This document shows, one piece after another, positions 52,601 through 64,000 of a stretch of DNA of 64,000 nt. Below the pieces are notes generated by a model. It did no database searches. It was not told the DNA's origin and saw nothing but the letters and a program-made list of their open reading frames with translations. The position numbers were made by a program, and so were the translations under genes. The stretch spans positions 83,082,001-83,146,000 of the forward strand of contig NC_087437.1 in the NCBI RefSeq assembly GCF_036321535.1, written 5' to 3'. Each line of letters begins with the position of its first letter. Within the stretch, counting starts at the first letter, position 1. Source of the stretch: Camelus dromedarius (lineage: Eukaryota).

Positions 52601-55559
52601 TTTGACGTCCCCTTGAAACATTCAGGGTCACCTAAGACAGTGCTATTATCCTCACTGCTCATATCCAACCTGTTATCAAGTTGCCATCAAGTCCCATGGA
52701 TTCTTCCTTTATAACATCTCTGATGTCAGTTACTTCTACTAGGCTTGCTCAGGCCTGGATCCCATGATTCTCAGCTCCTATGTTTCAGCCTCTGCACAAG
52801 TCGGCCACAAACTTGAGATCAATTAGATCAATTTTGATCAAGTTATTTTGACTAATAGGTAAAATTTGCTTTTTCTAAAACTGACTCTATATACTGAGAT
52901 GGTACTATCTGTCAAATGGTGTATTCATTGAGTGGGTCCTGAGAAGTGTAGAGCAGGGTGTTGCTTGCAGCAAACAGGTGGTCAGAAGTACACCATAACA
53001 CTGAGCTGGTCCCATAGAAAAATGTGGAAATTTTGTCTTACGGATACGTAAGAGAGCTTGGTCAAACCAGTGAACAGTTCTTTTAACACAGAAACACTGT
53101 ATGAAGGGGAGCCAAGACAAGCTTTCATTAATAGTGGATACTTTTGCAGACACTATGAAACTTTAATATTACTAGAGTAGTAATTTTATTAAATACTGCT
53201 GTCTTGTTTAATGCTTGTGTCTTTTATTAGAGCATGCCACTAAAATTACTTATGTCTGTGTATGACATAGTTAATTATAACTGCAACTAGTTAGCTGGAG
53301 GAGATTTGCACGAATTAATGATATCCAGTGAAATGTGTAGTAAACCTGACTGTCCTCACTGGAGACTTTATTAAAAGTTTGGCCCTTAGAGACTGGGAGT
53401 TGGATAAGTTACACAGTTGCAAATAAGTTTTGTTTCATTTGCAAACAATGCACAATGGACATTATTAGAAAACCGGTAGGGATTTCTGGTAAAGGGGTGA
53501 CAGAATGAGAAACAGTTTGTATTGAGGCAGCCCTTTGAGCCAGAGACATCATTAGCAAGGAGGGCTAAGACTATCCTTCAAGAATCACACTTTCATTATG
53601 TGAAACAAAGAGCCCTAGAAAATCTCTCCAGCAAGCTGATAACCAATTCTTATTATTAAGGAAATGACAACAATCCAATCTCAGGCAAATTACTCTAGTT
53701 CCTGGTCCCTAGATAGTCTGTATCAAAGGTTTGTTTCATAAAGGACCTCTGCACTCTTGTCTTCAGCTTTAAAATGGTACCTTGAATTGTTATTGGCTTG
53801 AATTCCTAGCACCATTAAACCACAGTAATTTAGTCAATAAATATTTCTTGCCCTCCTTCTCTTGTAAGATGTGAGGCCTGCCAACTACAAAAGCACTTAG
53901 TAACAATAACAATGGCTGCTTTGATTGAGAACAGAAGCCTTATACAAATATAACTTAGTACCAACAACAAAACCTCAAAAGACAAAAGTTTCATCTTCAA
54001 GGAGGCATTAATGATTTTTAGCGAATATGACTTCTTTATCCAAGAGAATCTTAAGTATTTTCTAATCTGGAGCTGAAAAAAAAGAAGCATCTTTAAGTTG
54101 TTTCGTTTTGGTGCCCTAGATCAGGATCTCATTTATATAAATATTATATACATATCAATATTTTGGTATATTTATATGATTGATATAAATATCGTTATTT
54201 ATATTACTTATATTAAACATGAATATCAGTTATATTATAAATTGATATTGATATATATAAAGTTATTTATATTTATAATCTTCTTGTTTAAGACAGCAGT
54301 CAAGCTTGAGTTGAAAGAAAGAAAAGGAATTGCCATTTGGTACTTTTCTGGAAAATCATAATTTATTCTACGAGTTTTTGTTTGTTTTTACTTTGCTCCC
54401 TGTTAGTGTGAATGGATTCTTCTTGACTTCCCTCCCCAATTACCAGGGGCTTTTCAGCCATCAGAATCTGAGCTCATCATTGAAGTTTGATGTATTTTAA
54501 AAAATTAAGATTTAATGCACATGTAATACATATATAAGTCTTATGTGTGCAGTCCAATGCATTTTTACCTATTAATATACTCATGTAATGTAATCACCAC
54601 TAGATCAACCTTGGTGTCATTTCATTTCTCCTTAAGTGAGTGACATGCACTCTGAAGTAGCCTGTACAGTACTTCCCTTCATTGTGTAGCTCCCTTTCTT
54701 TCATCTCACTCTCTTTTCTATTTTCCCTGCTCCTATCTCTTTGTCTATCCCTATTGCTGCCCGCTTCCTCATCTTCTCCACACCTCTTTACTTAGAGCAG
54801 CTCTCTCTGGTTCCAGTCTCCCCTTGGTTCTCCTACCTGGTCTCCCTTCCACTTGTGTCCCAAGTGTATGTGCAGGTTCCTGGGCTCATTATAGCTGGTT
54901 GCTCAACCTCATCACTCTATTTGGGTTCCTGCTGGGGCTCTGAATCAGCCCAGAATCAGACACTTCAGGGAGGGTGAAGTGGGATGACTGATTGGTCCCT
55001 TCAAGCCCTAGTGTTTGGGAGAAAGAGGCTGGCTTTTCTTTTAGTAAATGAGCAACTCGCTGACTCCATCACTGTTTTAATGTGGCTTTCAAACCCGAGG
55101 AGCAGGTGCTGCCTCAAGCCAACCTGACTTGGTTATGTCAATATGACACAGGCATAAAAACAGTAAGAGAAGGTAACTTTTCCGTCAGAAAAGAATGCCA
55201 ATGACCACCAGTTCTTTATGAATTTACATTTATCAGAATGAAAAGTTATTACTATAAAATGATTACTTTCATACATTCTCATAGGAAAAATGAAACAAAG
55301 ATATAAAATCAGAAGTGTATAAAAGGAAGCTAAAATGGAAAGAAATAGACACCCTCGGTGGCTGCCTGAAATAACTGTCATTTAAAAATATATTAAGACT
55401 TATTTCTCATATTCCTTTCTCATATTCCTTTAAGAAAGTGAGATCATATTGGAAAGAGCATTTTAACTTAAAAATATTAAGCTGAAATATCTCCCTATCC
55501 ATAAGCAAAAATATACATCAAAATTAAATGCCTGGGATGAGAAACACCAGGGTGCTCCT

Positions 55560-56060
55560 CCTCTCGGACCCGTTTGTGAGCAGTCTGGCCAATGCAACCT
55601 ATGAAGCAAATCCTAATCTTGACTGAAGCCTGACGGAAGCCTCCCCCAGCGCCCAGGTCAGAGTCACAACGCAGAAGCACCTCACTCCAGGAGCCCCGCC
55701 AGGTGTGGGGCACTGACGACTGCGCTCCTGGCAGAAAGACAGCAGGCGCGCGACCGCCCGAGGCCAGCACGGGGGAGTGAAGTGCGCATGCGCAGGGGAC
55801 CCGTGGTCTGTCTGCTTCCCGAGGCGGAGGCGGCAAGTCCCGCGCAGCTGTGCCAGCTTCTGAGTGGGCACTGGGGCACCGCACCGAGGTCGGCCAAGGT
55901 CCCAGGCCACAGCTACCCAAGCACCCTGTTGCAGTGCATACCCTCAGGGCCAGTTCCTCCTGGCGCGAGTCTAGAGTTCATCTCAGGAGGCGGCTGCTGC
56001 CGGTTCTCGGAGCTTTTCCCCTGAGGAACAGCCTCAGGTACATGCATAGTGGTAAGTACC
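55560..56060 (+). promoter_or_regulatory. Orphan CpG-rich promoter-like element with NRF1, CCAAT and ETS motifs and splice donors
   Basis: About 500 bp GC/CpG-rich patch in AT-rich DNA. Perfect TGCGCATGCGCA (55783-55794), CCAAT (55589-55593), CGGAAG (55634-55639), and donors CAG|gtacat (56038) and TG|gtaagt (56052). Confidence 0.7.
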
Positions 56061-56089
56061 TTTCTTTCTTCTTCTTTTTTTTTTCTTTT

Positions 56090-57175
56090 TCTTTTTTTTG
56101 CTGTCTTTTTGAGATATAATTGACATACAACATTGTGTGAGCTTAAACGGTACAGTGTAATGATTTGATACAGGTGTATATTGTGAAGTGATTGCGACAT
56201 GAGTTTAGTTACTTACGTTACATAATTACCCTTTTTTTGGGTGTGTGGTGAGAACTTTTACTATTTATTATTTCAGTAGGTTTCAAGTGTATAAAACAGT
56301 ATCGTTAACTGTAACTACAGTTATATTGTCATCTTATAACTGGGAGTTTTTACCGTTTGACCAACAGCGCGCCATTTCCCTGGTCCTCAGCCCTTGACTA
56401 CCACCATCCTACTCTGTTTCTATGAATTGGTTTTTTTTTTTTTAGGTTTAGCATAATGTCCTCAAAGTTCATCCATATTGTTTCAAATGGCAGGATTTCG
56501 TTCTTTTTATGGCTGAATAATATTCCATTGTGTGTGCGTGCATCACATTCTCTGTATCTATTCATTCCACCACGGACCCTTACATTGTTTCTTGTTTTGG
56601 CTGTTGTGAATAATGCTATAATGAACTTGAGGGTGCAGATATTGCTTCTAGATAATAATTTCATTTTCTTAAGATCTATAACCAGAAATGAGATTGCTGG
56701 ATTATATGGTAGTCCTATTTTAATTTTTGGAAAAACCTTAATGTTGTTTTTCATAGTACCAATTTACGTTCCCACCAACAGTACATGAGGGTTCCTTTTT
56801 CTTCTGATCATTGCAAACACTTATCTCTTGTCTCCTAAATGACAGTTCTTCTAACAGGTGTGAGACAATATTTCAGTATGGTTTTGATTTGTGTTTCCTT
56901 GATGGATAGTAATGTTGAGCTTTTTTCTTATACCTTGTATATGTCTTCTTTGGAAAAATGTCTATTAACATTCTCTGCCCACTTTTAATATTATTATTAT
57001 TATTATTCTGTTGATTTATATGAGTTTCTTATGTATTTTGGATATTAACCCCTTTTCAAATACATGTATTGTCAATATTTTCTCCCATTCCCTTTGGTAA
57101 TGGTTTCCTCTGCTGTGCAGAATATTTTTAGTTTTATGTAGTCCCACTTGTTTATTTTTGCTTTTTTTTTTTTTT
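56090..57175 (-). mobile_element. L1 3' portion (L1MA-like)
   Basis: T-rich tail with ttgagatataattgacatacaacattgtg. Decayed ORF2 C-terminus (LPYNPAISFL, FIIALFTTAK). Confidence 0.85.
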
Positions 57176-57422
57176 TTTTTGCTTTTGCTTTGTCAATTCC
57201 TGGTGTATAGCACAATGCTTCAGTCATACATGAATATACAGATATTCGTTTTCTTCCTTTTTTGAGATACGATTCTTTTTCAATTTATTAATGGTTGATT
57301 GGTTTGTGGATAATAAACCTTTTCATCCCTGGATAAATCCCAGTTGATCATGGTATATGATTCTTTTAATGCATTTTTGAATTTGATGTGCTAATGGTTT
57401 TAAAAAAAAGTCTTTTCTTATT

Positions 57423-60255
57423 CTTTTTTTTGAAGTATAGTCAGTTTACAATGTTGTGTCAATTCCTGGTGTACAGCACAATGCTTCAGTCATACATGAA
57501 TATACATATACTCGTTTTCTTATTTTTTTTTTTAATGGCAGTGCTGGGGGATTGAACCCAGGACCTCATGAATACTAAGCATGCACTCTACCAATGAGCT
57601 ATACCCACACCCCATATGTTTGTTTTCATGTTCTTTTTCACTTTAAGCTACTACAAGATATCAAATATAGTTTCTTGTGCTGTACAGTATAAACTTGTTT
57701 ATCTCTTTTATATATACCAGTCAGTAACTGCAAATCTCGAACTCTCAATTTGTCCCATCCTCTTCCTTTCCCCTTGGTAACCATAAATTTGTTTTCTGTG
57801 TTTGTGAGTCTGTTTCTGTTTTGTAAATAAGTTCATTTGTCGTTTTTTTTTTTTTTAGATCCCACATATGAGTGATATCATATAGTATTTTTCTTTCTCT
57901 TTCTGGCTTACTTCACTTAGAATGACATTCTCCAGGGCCATCCATGTTGCTGAAAATAGCATTATTTTATTATTTTTTATGGCTGAGTAGTATTCCATTG
58001 TATAAATATACCACAACTTCTTTATCCAGTCATCTGTCAATGGACATTTATGTTGCTTCCATGTCTTGGCTATTGTAAATAGTGCTGCTATCACCATCGA
58101 GGGCATGTATCTTTTCAAACTGGACTTTTCTCCAGATATATACCCAGGAGTTGATTACTGGATCAAAGGGTAAAGCTATTTTTAGTTTTTTTAAGAAATC
58201 TCCATACTGTTTTCCGTAGTGGCTACACCAAATTACATTCCCACCAACAGTATAGGAGGGTTCCCTTATCTCCACACCCTCTCCAGAATTTACTGTTTGT
58301 GGACTTTTTCATTATGGCCATTCTTATTGCTGTGAGGAGATACCTCATTGTAGTTTTGATTTGCATCTCTCTGATACTTAGCGATGTTGAGCATCTTTTT
58401 ATGTGCCTATTAGCCATCTGAATGTCTTCATTGGAAAATTGCTTGTTTAGGTCTTCTGCCCATTTTGGACTGGGTTGTTTGTTTTTTGTTATTCAGTTAT
58501 ATGAATTATTTGTATATTCTGGAGATTAAGCCCTTGTCAGTTGCATCATTTGCAAATATTTTTTTCCATTCCATAGGCTTTTGATTTTGTTTATGATTTT
58601 CTTTGCTGTGCAAAAGCATATAAGTTTAACTAGGTTCCATTTGGGGTTTTTTTTTGTTGTTTGTTTCTTGGTTTTTATTTCTATTGCCTGGGTAGACTGC
58701 CCTAGGAGAATATTGGTAAGATTTATGTCGGAGAATGTTTTGTCTATGTTTTCTTCTAGGAGGTTTATAGTGTCTTATGTTTAGTCTTTAAAGCATTTTG
58801 AGTTTATTTTTGAGTATGGTGTGAGGAAGTGCTCTAAATTCATTGATTTGCATGCAGCTGTCCACCTTTCCCAACACCACTTGCTGAAGAGACTTTCTTT
58901 TCTCCATCATATATTCTTGCCTCCTTTGCCAAAGATTAATTGACCATAGGTGTGTGGGTTTATTTCCAGGCTCTTTATTCTGTTCCATTGATCCATAGAT
59001 CTGTTTTTGTGCCAGTACCTTGCTGTTTTGATTACTGTAGCTCTGTAGTATTGTCTGAGGTCAGGGAGGGTTATTCCTCCTTCTTCATTCTTTGTCTTCA
59101 GTATTACTTTGGCAATTCTGGGTCTTTTGTGATCCCGTATAAATTTTAGGATTATTTGTTCTAGTTCTGTGAAAAATACCCTGGGTAATGTGATAGGGAT
59201 CACATTAAGTCTGTAGATTACCTTGGGAAGTATGGCCATTATAACAATATTGATTCTTCCAGTCCAAGAGCATCAGATACCTTTCCATTTCTTTAAATCA
59301 TTTTTAATTTCTTTTATCAGTGTTTTGTAGTTCTCTGTGTATAAGTCTTTCACCTCCTTGGTCAGGTTTATTCCTAAGTATTTTATTTTATGATTTTGAT
59401 GTGATTTTAGAAGGGATTATTTCTTTACTTTCCTTTTCTGATATTTCATTGTTAGTGTAAAGAAATGCAACTGATTTCTGTTTGTTAATCTTGTATCCTG
59501 ATACTTTGCCAAATTCTTTTATCAGCTCTAGTAGTTTTTATGTGGAACCTCTGAGGTTTCCTATGCAGAGGATCATGTCATCTGCATATAGTGGCACTTT
59601 TACCTATTCTCTTCCAATTTGGATCCCTTTTATCTTTCTTGCATGATTGCTATGGTTAGGATTTCTAATACTATGTTGAATAGAAGTGCTGAGAGTGAAC
59701 ATCCTTGTCTTGTGTCAGATTTTAGTGGGAAGGCTTTCAATTTTTCACTGTTGAATATTATGTTGGTTGTGGGTTTGTCATAAATAAGCTTCTATTATAT
59801 TTTGATATGTTCCCTCTATACTCACTTTGGTAAGAGTTTTTTTTTATCATAAACAGGTGTTGAATTTTAGCAAATGCTTTTTCTACATCTATTGAGATGA
59901 TCACGTGATTTTTTGTTCTTTCTTTTATTGATGTGGTATATCACATTGATTGCTGAGTATGTTGAACCATTTTTGTGTCCCTGGGAGAATCCAACTTGAT
60001 CATAGTGTATGATCTTTTTCATGTGTTGTTGAATTTTGTTTGCAAATATTTTGTTGAGAATTTTTGCATCTACGTTCATCAGAGATACTGGCCTATAATT
60101 TTCTTTTTTGGTAGTGTCTTTGTCTGGTTTTGGTATCAGGGTGATGGTGGCTTCATAGAATGAGTTTGGGAGTGATCCCTCCTCTTCGATCTCCTGGAAG
60201 AGTTTCAGAAGGATTGGTATGAGTTTTTGTTTGTACATTTAGTAGAATTCCCCTG
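57423..60255 (-). mobile_element. Younger lineage-specific L1 (3'UTR plus about 2.4 kb of ORF2, frameshifted)
   Basis: ORF2 peptides [43 protein letters not shown] and [42 protein letters not shown]. Confidence 0.95.
57523..57612 (-). mobile_element. tRNA-Ala-derived SINE (camelid Vic-1-like) inserted in the L1 3'UTR
   Basis: Minus strand GGGTGTGGGTATAGCTCATTGGTAGAGTGCATGCTTAGTATTCATGAGGTCCTGGGTTCAATCCCCCAGCAC plus A-tail, with A box (TAGCTCATTGG) and B box (GGTTCAATCC). Degenerate TSD catatactcgttttctt / catatgtttgttttcat. Confidence 0.85.
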
Positions 60256-60269
60256 TTTCAAAAAAATAG

Positions 60270-61960
60270 TTCTTGGTTTGATTGATTTTTCCTATTTAAA
60301 AAAATTTCTATTTTATTTATTTCCTCTCTGATCTTTATTATTATTTCCATCTGCTGACTTTGGGTTTTATTTATTCTTCTTTCTCTAATTTTTTAGGTGG
60401 TAGGTTAGGGTGTTTGAGGTTGTTCTTATTTTTTGTGGAAGGCCTGTATCACTATGAACTTCCCTCTTAGTACTGCTTTTGCTGCATCCCATAGATTGTG
60501 CATGGTTGTATTTTCATTGTCATTGGTCTCAAAGTATTTTTTAATTTTTTATTTTATTTCATCATTGATCCATTGTTTTTTTAGTAGCATGTTGTTTTGT
60601 CTCTATGCAGTCATTTTCTTGTTTTTCTTTCTGTGGTGGATTTTTAGTTTCATACCATTGTGATCAGAAAAGATGTTTGAAATAATTTCTATCTTCCTAA
60701 ATTTTTTGAGGATTCTTTTATGTCTGAATATGTGGTATATCTTAGAGAATGTTCCATGTGCAGTTGAAAGGAATGTATATTCTGTTTTTGGGGGATGTAT
60801 GTTCTAAAAAATATCAATTAAATCTAATTGTTCTGTTGTGTCATCTAATGTTGCCATTCATTGCCTTACTGATTTTCTGTGTGGAAGTCCTGTCCAGTGA
60901 TGTAGGATGTTAAAGTCTCTTACTATTACTGTATTCCCACCAGTTTGTCCCTTTATGTCTGTTAGTATTTGTCTTCTATATTTAGATACTCCTATATTGG
61001 GTGCATATATGTTAATGAGTATAATAGCCTCTTCTTTTATTGCTGCTTTTGTCATTATATGGTGTCCTTATTTATCTTTCTGTATGGCCTTTGTTTTTTT
61101 CACATATATTTGTAGAAGTATAGTCAGTTTACAGTGTTGTGTCAATTTCTGATGTACAGTATAATACTTCAGTTATATAGGAACATACATATATTTGTTT
61201 TCATATTCTCATTCACCATAAGTTACTACAAGATATTGAATATAGTTTCCTGTGCTATACAGTATATTTTTGTTGTTTGTCTATTTTTTATATATTAGTA
61301 TCTACAAATCTTGAACTCCCAATTTATTCCTTCCCACCCCCCCTTCCTCCCCTGGTAACCGTAAGTTTGTTTTCTATGTCTGTAAGTCTGTTTCTGTTTT
61401 GTAAATAATTTCATCTTTTTTTTTCTTTTTTGATTCCACATACAAGTGATATCATATGGTATTTTTCTTTCTCTTTCTGTCTTGTATGGCCTTTGTTTTA
61501 GTCTGTTTTGTCTGATATGAGTATTGCTACCCCCACTTTCTTGTCGTTTCCATTTGCATGCTATATCTTTTTCTGTCCTCTCACATTCAATCTGTGTGTA
61601 TTCTTTGCCCTAAAGTGGGTCTCTTGTATGGAGTATATTGTAGAGTTTTGTTTTATCATCCAATCTACTACTTTATGTCTTTTGTTTGGATCATTTAGTC
61701 CACTGTATTTATGGTTATTATTGATAGATGTGTGTTTATTGCCATTTTATACTTTGTTTTCCAGTTGATTTTGTATTTCTTTTTTATTCCTTTCTTTTGT
61801 GTGTGTGTGTCTGGCTTGATAATTTTCTTTTGTATAAGCTTTATTTCCTTTCTTTTTGGTATTTGTGATTCTATTTTATGCTTTTGATTTGTGGTTACCT
61901 TGTTTTTCAAATGTATTAACCCATTACTAAATCTCTTTGCTTTAGACTAGTAATCATATA
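60270..61960 (-). mobile_element. L1 ORF2 endonuclease region and upstream sequence (decayed), interrupted by a younger L1 3' end
   Basis: Peptides IILINIYAPNIGVSKY...ILTDIKG and MAINTHLSIITIN (ORF2 N-terminus). Confidence 0.85.
61098..61482 (-). mobile_element. 5'-truncated young L1 3' end with a perfect 17-bp TSD
   Basis: TGTATGGCCTTTGTTTT at 61081-61097 and 61483-61499. Same 3' end as the L1 at 57430. Confidence 0.9.
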
Positions 61961-61974
61961 GACTGAAACATGAT

Positions 61975-63425
61975 GTACTAATGTTTTATTGAGGATTATT
62001 AGCATCTATGTTCATCAGTGATATTGACCTGTAAGTTTTCATTTTATATGGTATCTTTGTCTGGTTTTGGTATTAGGATGGGGCTGGCATCAAGGAAAGA
62101 GTTTGGAAGCATTTCTTCCCCTGCAAGTAATTGGGAATGGTTTGAGAATTGATGCGAAGTCTTCTATAAATGTTGTTTAGAATTCATCCATGAAGCCCTC
62201 TGTTCCTACTCTTGTTGCTGGGAATTCTTAAATTACTGATTCAATTTCATTACTAGTTATTTCTCTATTCATAGTTCAGTATTGGTAGATTGTATATTTC
62301 TAGCCTTGTCCATTTATTCTTGGTTGTCCATTTGATTGGTATATAATTGTTCATAATATTTTTTATTATCTTTTGTATTTCTGTGGTGTTGATGTTAACT
62401 TTTCTTTTTTCATTTCTGGTTTTATTGATTTTGGCTTTAGTTTTTTCTTTATGACTCTGACTAAGTTTCATCAATTTTGTTCATCTTTTCAGTAAGCCAG
62501 GTCTCAATTTTATTGATCTTCTCCATTGTTTTTTAGTCTCTATTTCATTACTTTCTGCTCTGATCTTTATAATTTAGTTCCTTCTACTCATTTTGGACTT
62601 GTTTGTTCTTCGTTTTCTAATTTCTGCAATGTGAGGTTAGATTATTTATTTGAGATTTTTTTCCTGTTTCCTGAGGTAGGCTTGTATCAGTATAAATGTT
62701 CCTCTAAGCTGCTTTTGCTGAATACCATAGATTATGGATCATTGTGTTTTCACTTTCATGTGTATCTAGATTTTTTTCATTTTTTCTTTAGTTTTTTCAT
62801 TTTTTAGTAGTATATTGTTTAGCCTCTTCTGTCTGTGTTTTTGCAGTTTTTTCCTGTAGTTGATTTCTCATCCCATTGCCTTATGTTAGGAAAAGATGCT
62901 TGATATGATTCTAATTTTCTTAAATGTACCAAGACTCATTTTATGGTCTAGCATGTGATCTATTCAGGAAAATGTTTCATGTACACTTGAAAAGATTGTG
63001 TCTTCTGCTACTTTTAGATGAGATGTTCTATATAGATATGTTAAATCTATTTGGTCTAATATATCATTTAAGGTCAGTCTTTTCCTTATTGATCATTTAT
63101 CTGGATGATCTGTACATTGATGTAACAGGATTGTTTAAGTCCCCTACTATTATTATGTTACCGTCAATTTCTCCCTTTATATGTTAATGTATGCTTTGTA
63201 TATACAGATGTTCCTTTGTTGGGTGTATATTTATTTACAATTATTATATGTTGTTATATAATTGATGCCTTGATCATTGTGAAATGTTCTTTCTCCCTTA
63301 TTATGGTCTTTGTTTTAAAGTCTATTTTGTGTGATTCAAGCTTTGCTTCCTTTGCTTTCTTTTCATTTCCATTGGTATGGAATACCCTTTTCCTATCCCT
63401 TCATTTTCATCCTGTGTGTGACTTC
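61975..63425 (-). mobile_element. Additional older L1 ORF2 fragment
   Basis: tctatgttcatcagtgatattgacctgtaag...; peptide KINKTRNEKRKVNINTTEIQKII. Confidence 0.8.
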
Positions 63426-63764
63426 AGATCTGCTCATCTTCCTGGTACAGGATTCCCAAGGCTGGTGAGCCCAATGTGGAACTGAGACTCCTCTCTCTCA
63501 GAGACAACCTGTATGATTGTAATTATCCTCCCATGTAAGAGTCACTTACCTAGGGTATGGGTCTTGAGCATACTGCATTTCCTCCTCTTATATCCATTTC
63601 AGTGTGATTCCTTCTTCATGTCCTTAGCTTTAGAATGCCTTTTCTTCTAGTCTTCTGGCCATTTTCATGAACAGTTTATCTTTACATGGTTATAGTTTTG
63701 GTGTGCCCATGGGATGAGGTGGGTTTAGGGTCTTCCTACTCCACCATCTTGGCAACCAACTTCT

Positions 63765-64000
63765 CATGCATAGATTTGAACTGACAAAAGGTAGAATGAG
63801 TTAACTTGAAGCTATATCAATAGGGAATATGCATTTCAAAAGATACAGAGAGAGAAGAATGGAGAAAAACCAACAGAGTGTCAGAGAAATTAGGGATACC
63901 ACTAAATACATCAGCATATGCATATAGGAGTACCAGGAAGAGAAGAAAGTGAGAAAGAAGCAGAAAAAATATTTGAAGAAATAATGGGATAAAGCTTCCC
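63765..64000 (+). mobile_element. L1 ORF1-like fragment, runs off the window
   Basis: gaatgagttaacttgaag...ataggagtaccaggaagagaagaaagtgagaaagaagcagaaaaaatatttgaagaaataatg (GVP...AEKIFEEIM-type ORF1 motif). Confidence 0.75.

Noticed and set aside
55495..56200. ORFs of 71-141 aa across the orphan CpG island
   Set aside because: Expected from GC content, present in many frames, and with no recognisable family. Treated as regulatory or non-coding.
57541..57612. Possible tRNA gene
   Set aside because: Degenerate stems, an A-tail and a TSD show it is a SINE.
57855..60238. L1 ORF2 as an active reverse transcriptase gene
   Set aside because: Broken into short ORFs by frameshifts and stops, so it is a dead copy.

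Overview
Mammalian genomic DNA covering the GPR15 - CLDND1 - OR5K region, syntenic with the human 3q11-12 block (gene identities and synteny from recall, not a database search). A tRNA-Ala-derived SINE resembling camelid Vic-1, with no Alu, Bov-tA/BovB or PRE-1 recognised, suggests a camelid. Three intact genes are present. GPR15 is single-exon (minus strand, 362 aa). CLDND1 has six exons (plus strand, 253 aa, or 276 aa with a 44-nt cassette exon) and a CpG-island promoter with ZNF143 motifs. The third is an OR5K1-like olfactory receptor (minus strand, 322 aa). The remainder is AT-rich and repeat-rich (L1, L2, MIR, MaLR, a solo ERV LTR, MER5A, MER33). I see no convincing wholly new biological system. 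The best leads are: an orphan NRF1/CCAAT/ETS CpG-island promoter with splice donors at about 55.6-56.1 kb; a splicing-controlled uORF versus N-terminal-extension switch in CLDND1; unusual GPCR pocket residues (GPR15 Asn3.39, OR Glu7.43); a start-codon duplication in GPR15; and three 5'-inverted L1 insertions. Repeat boundaries and subfamily names are approximate, judged by eye.
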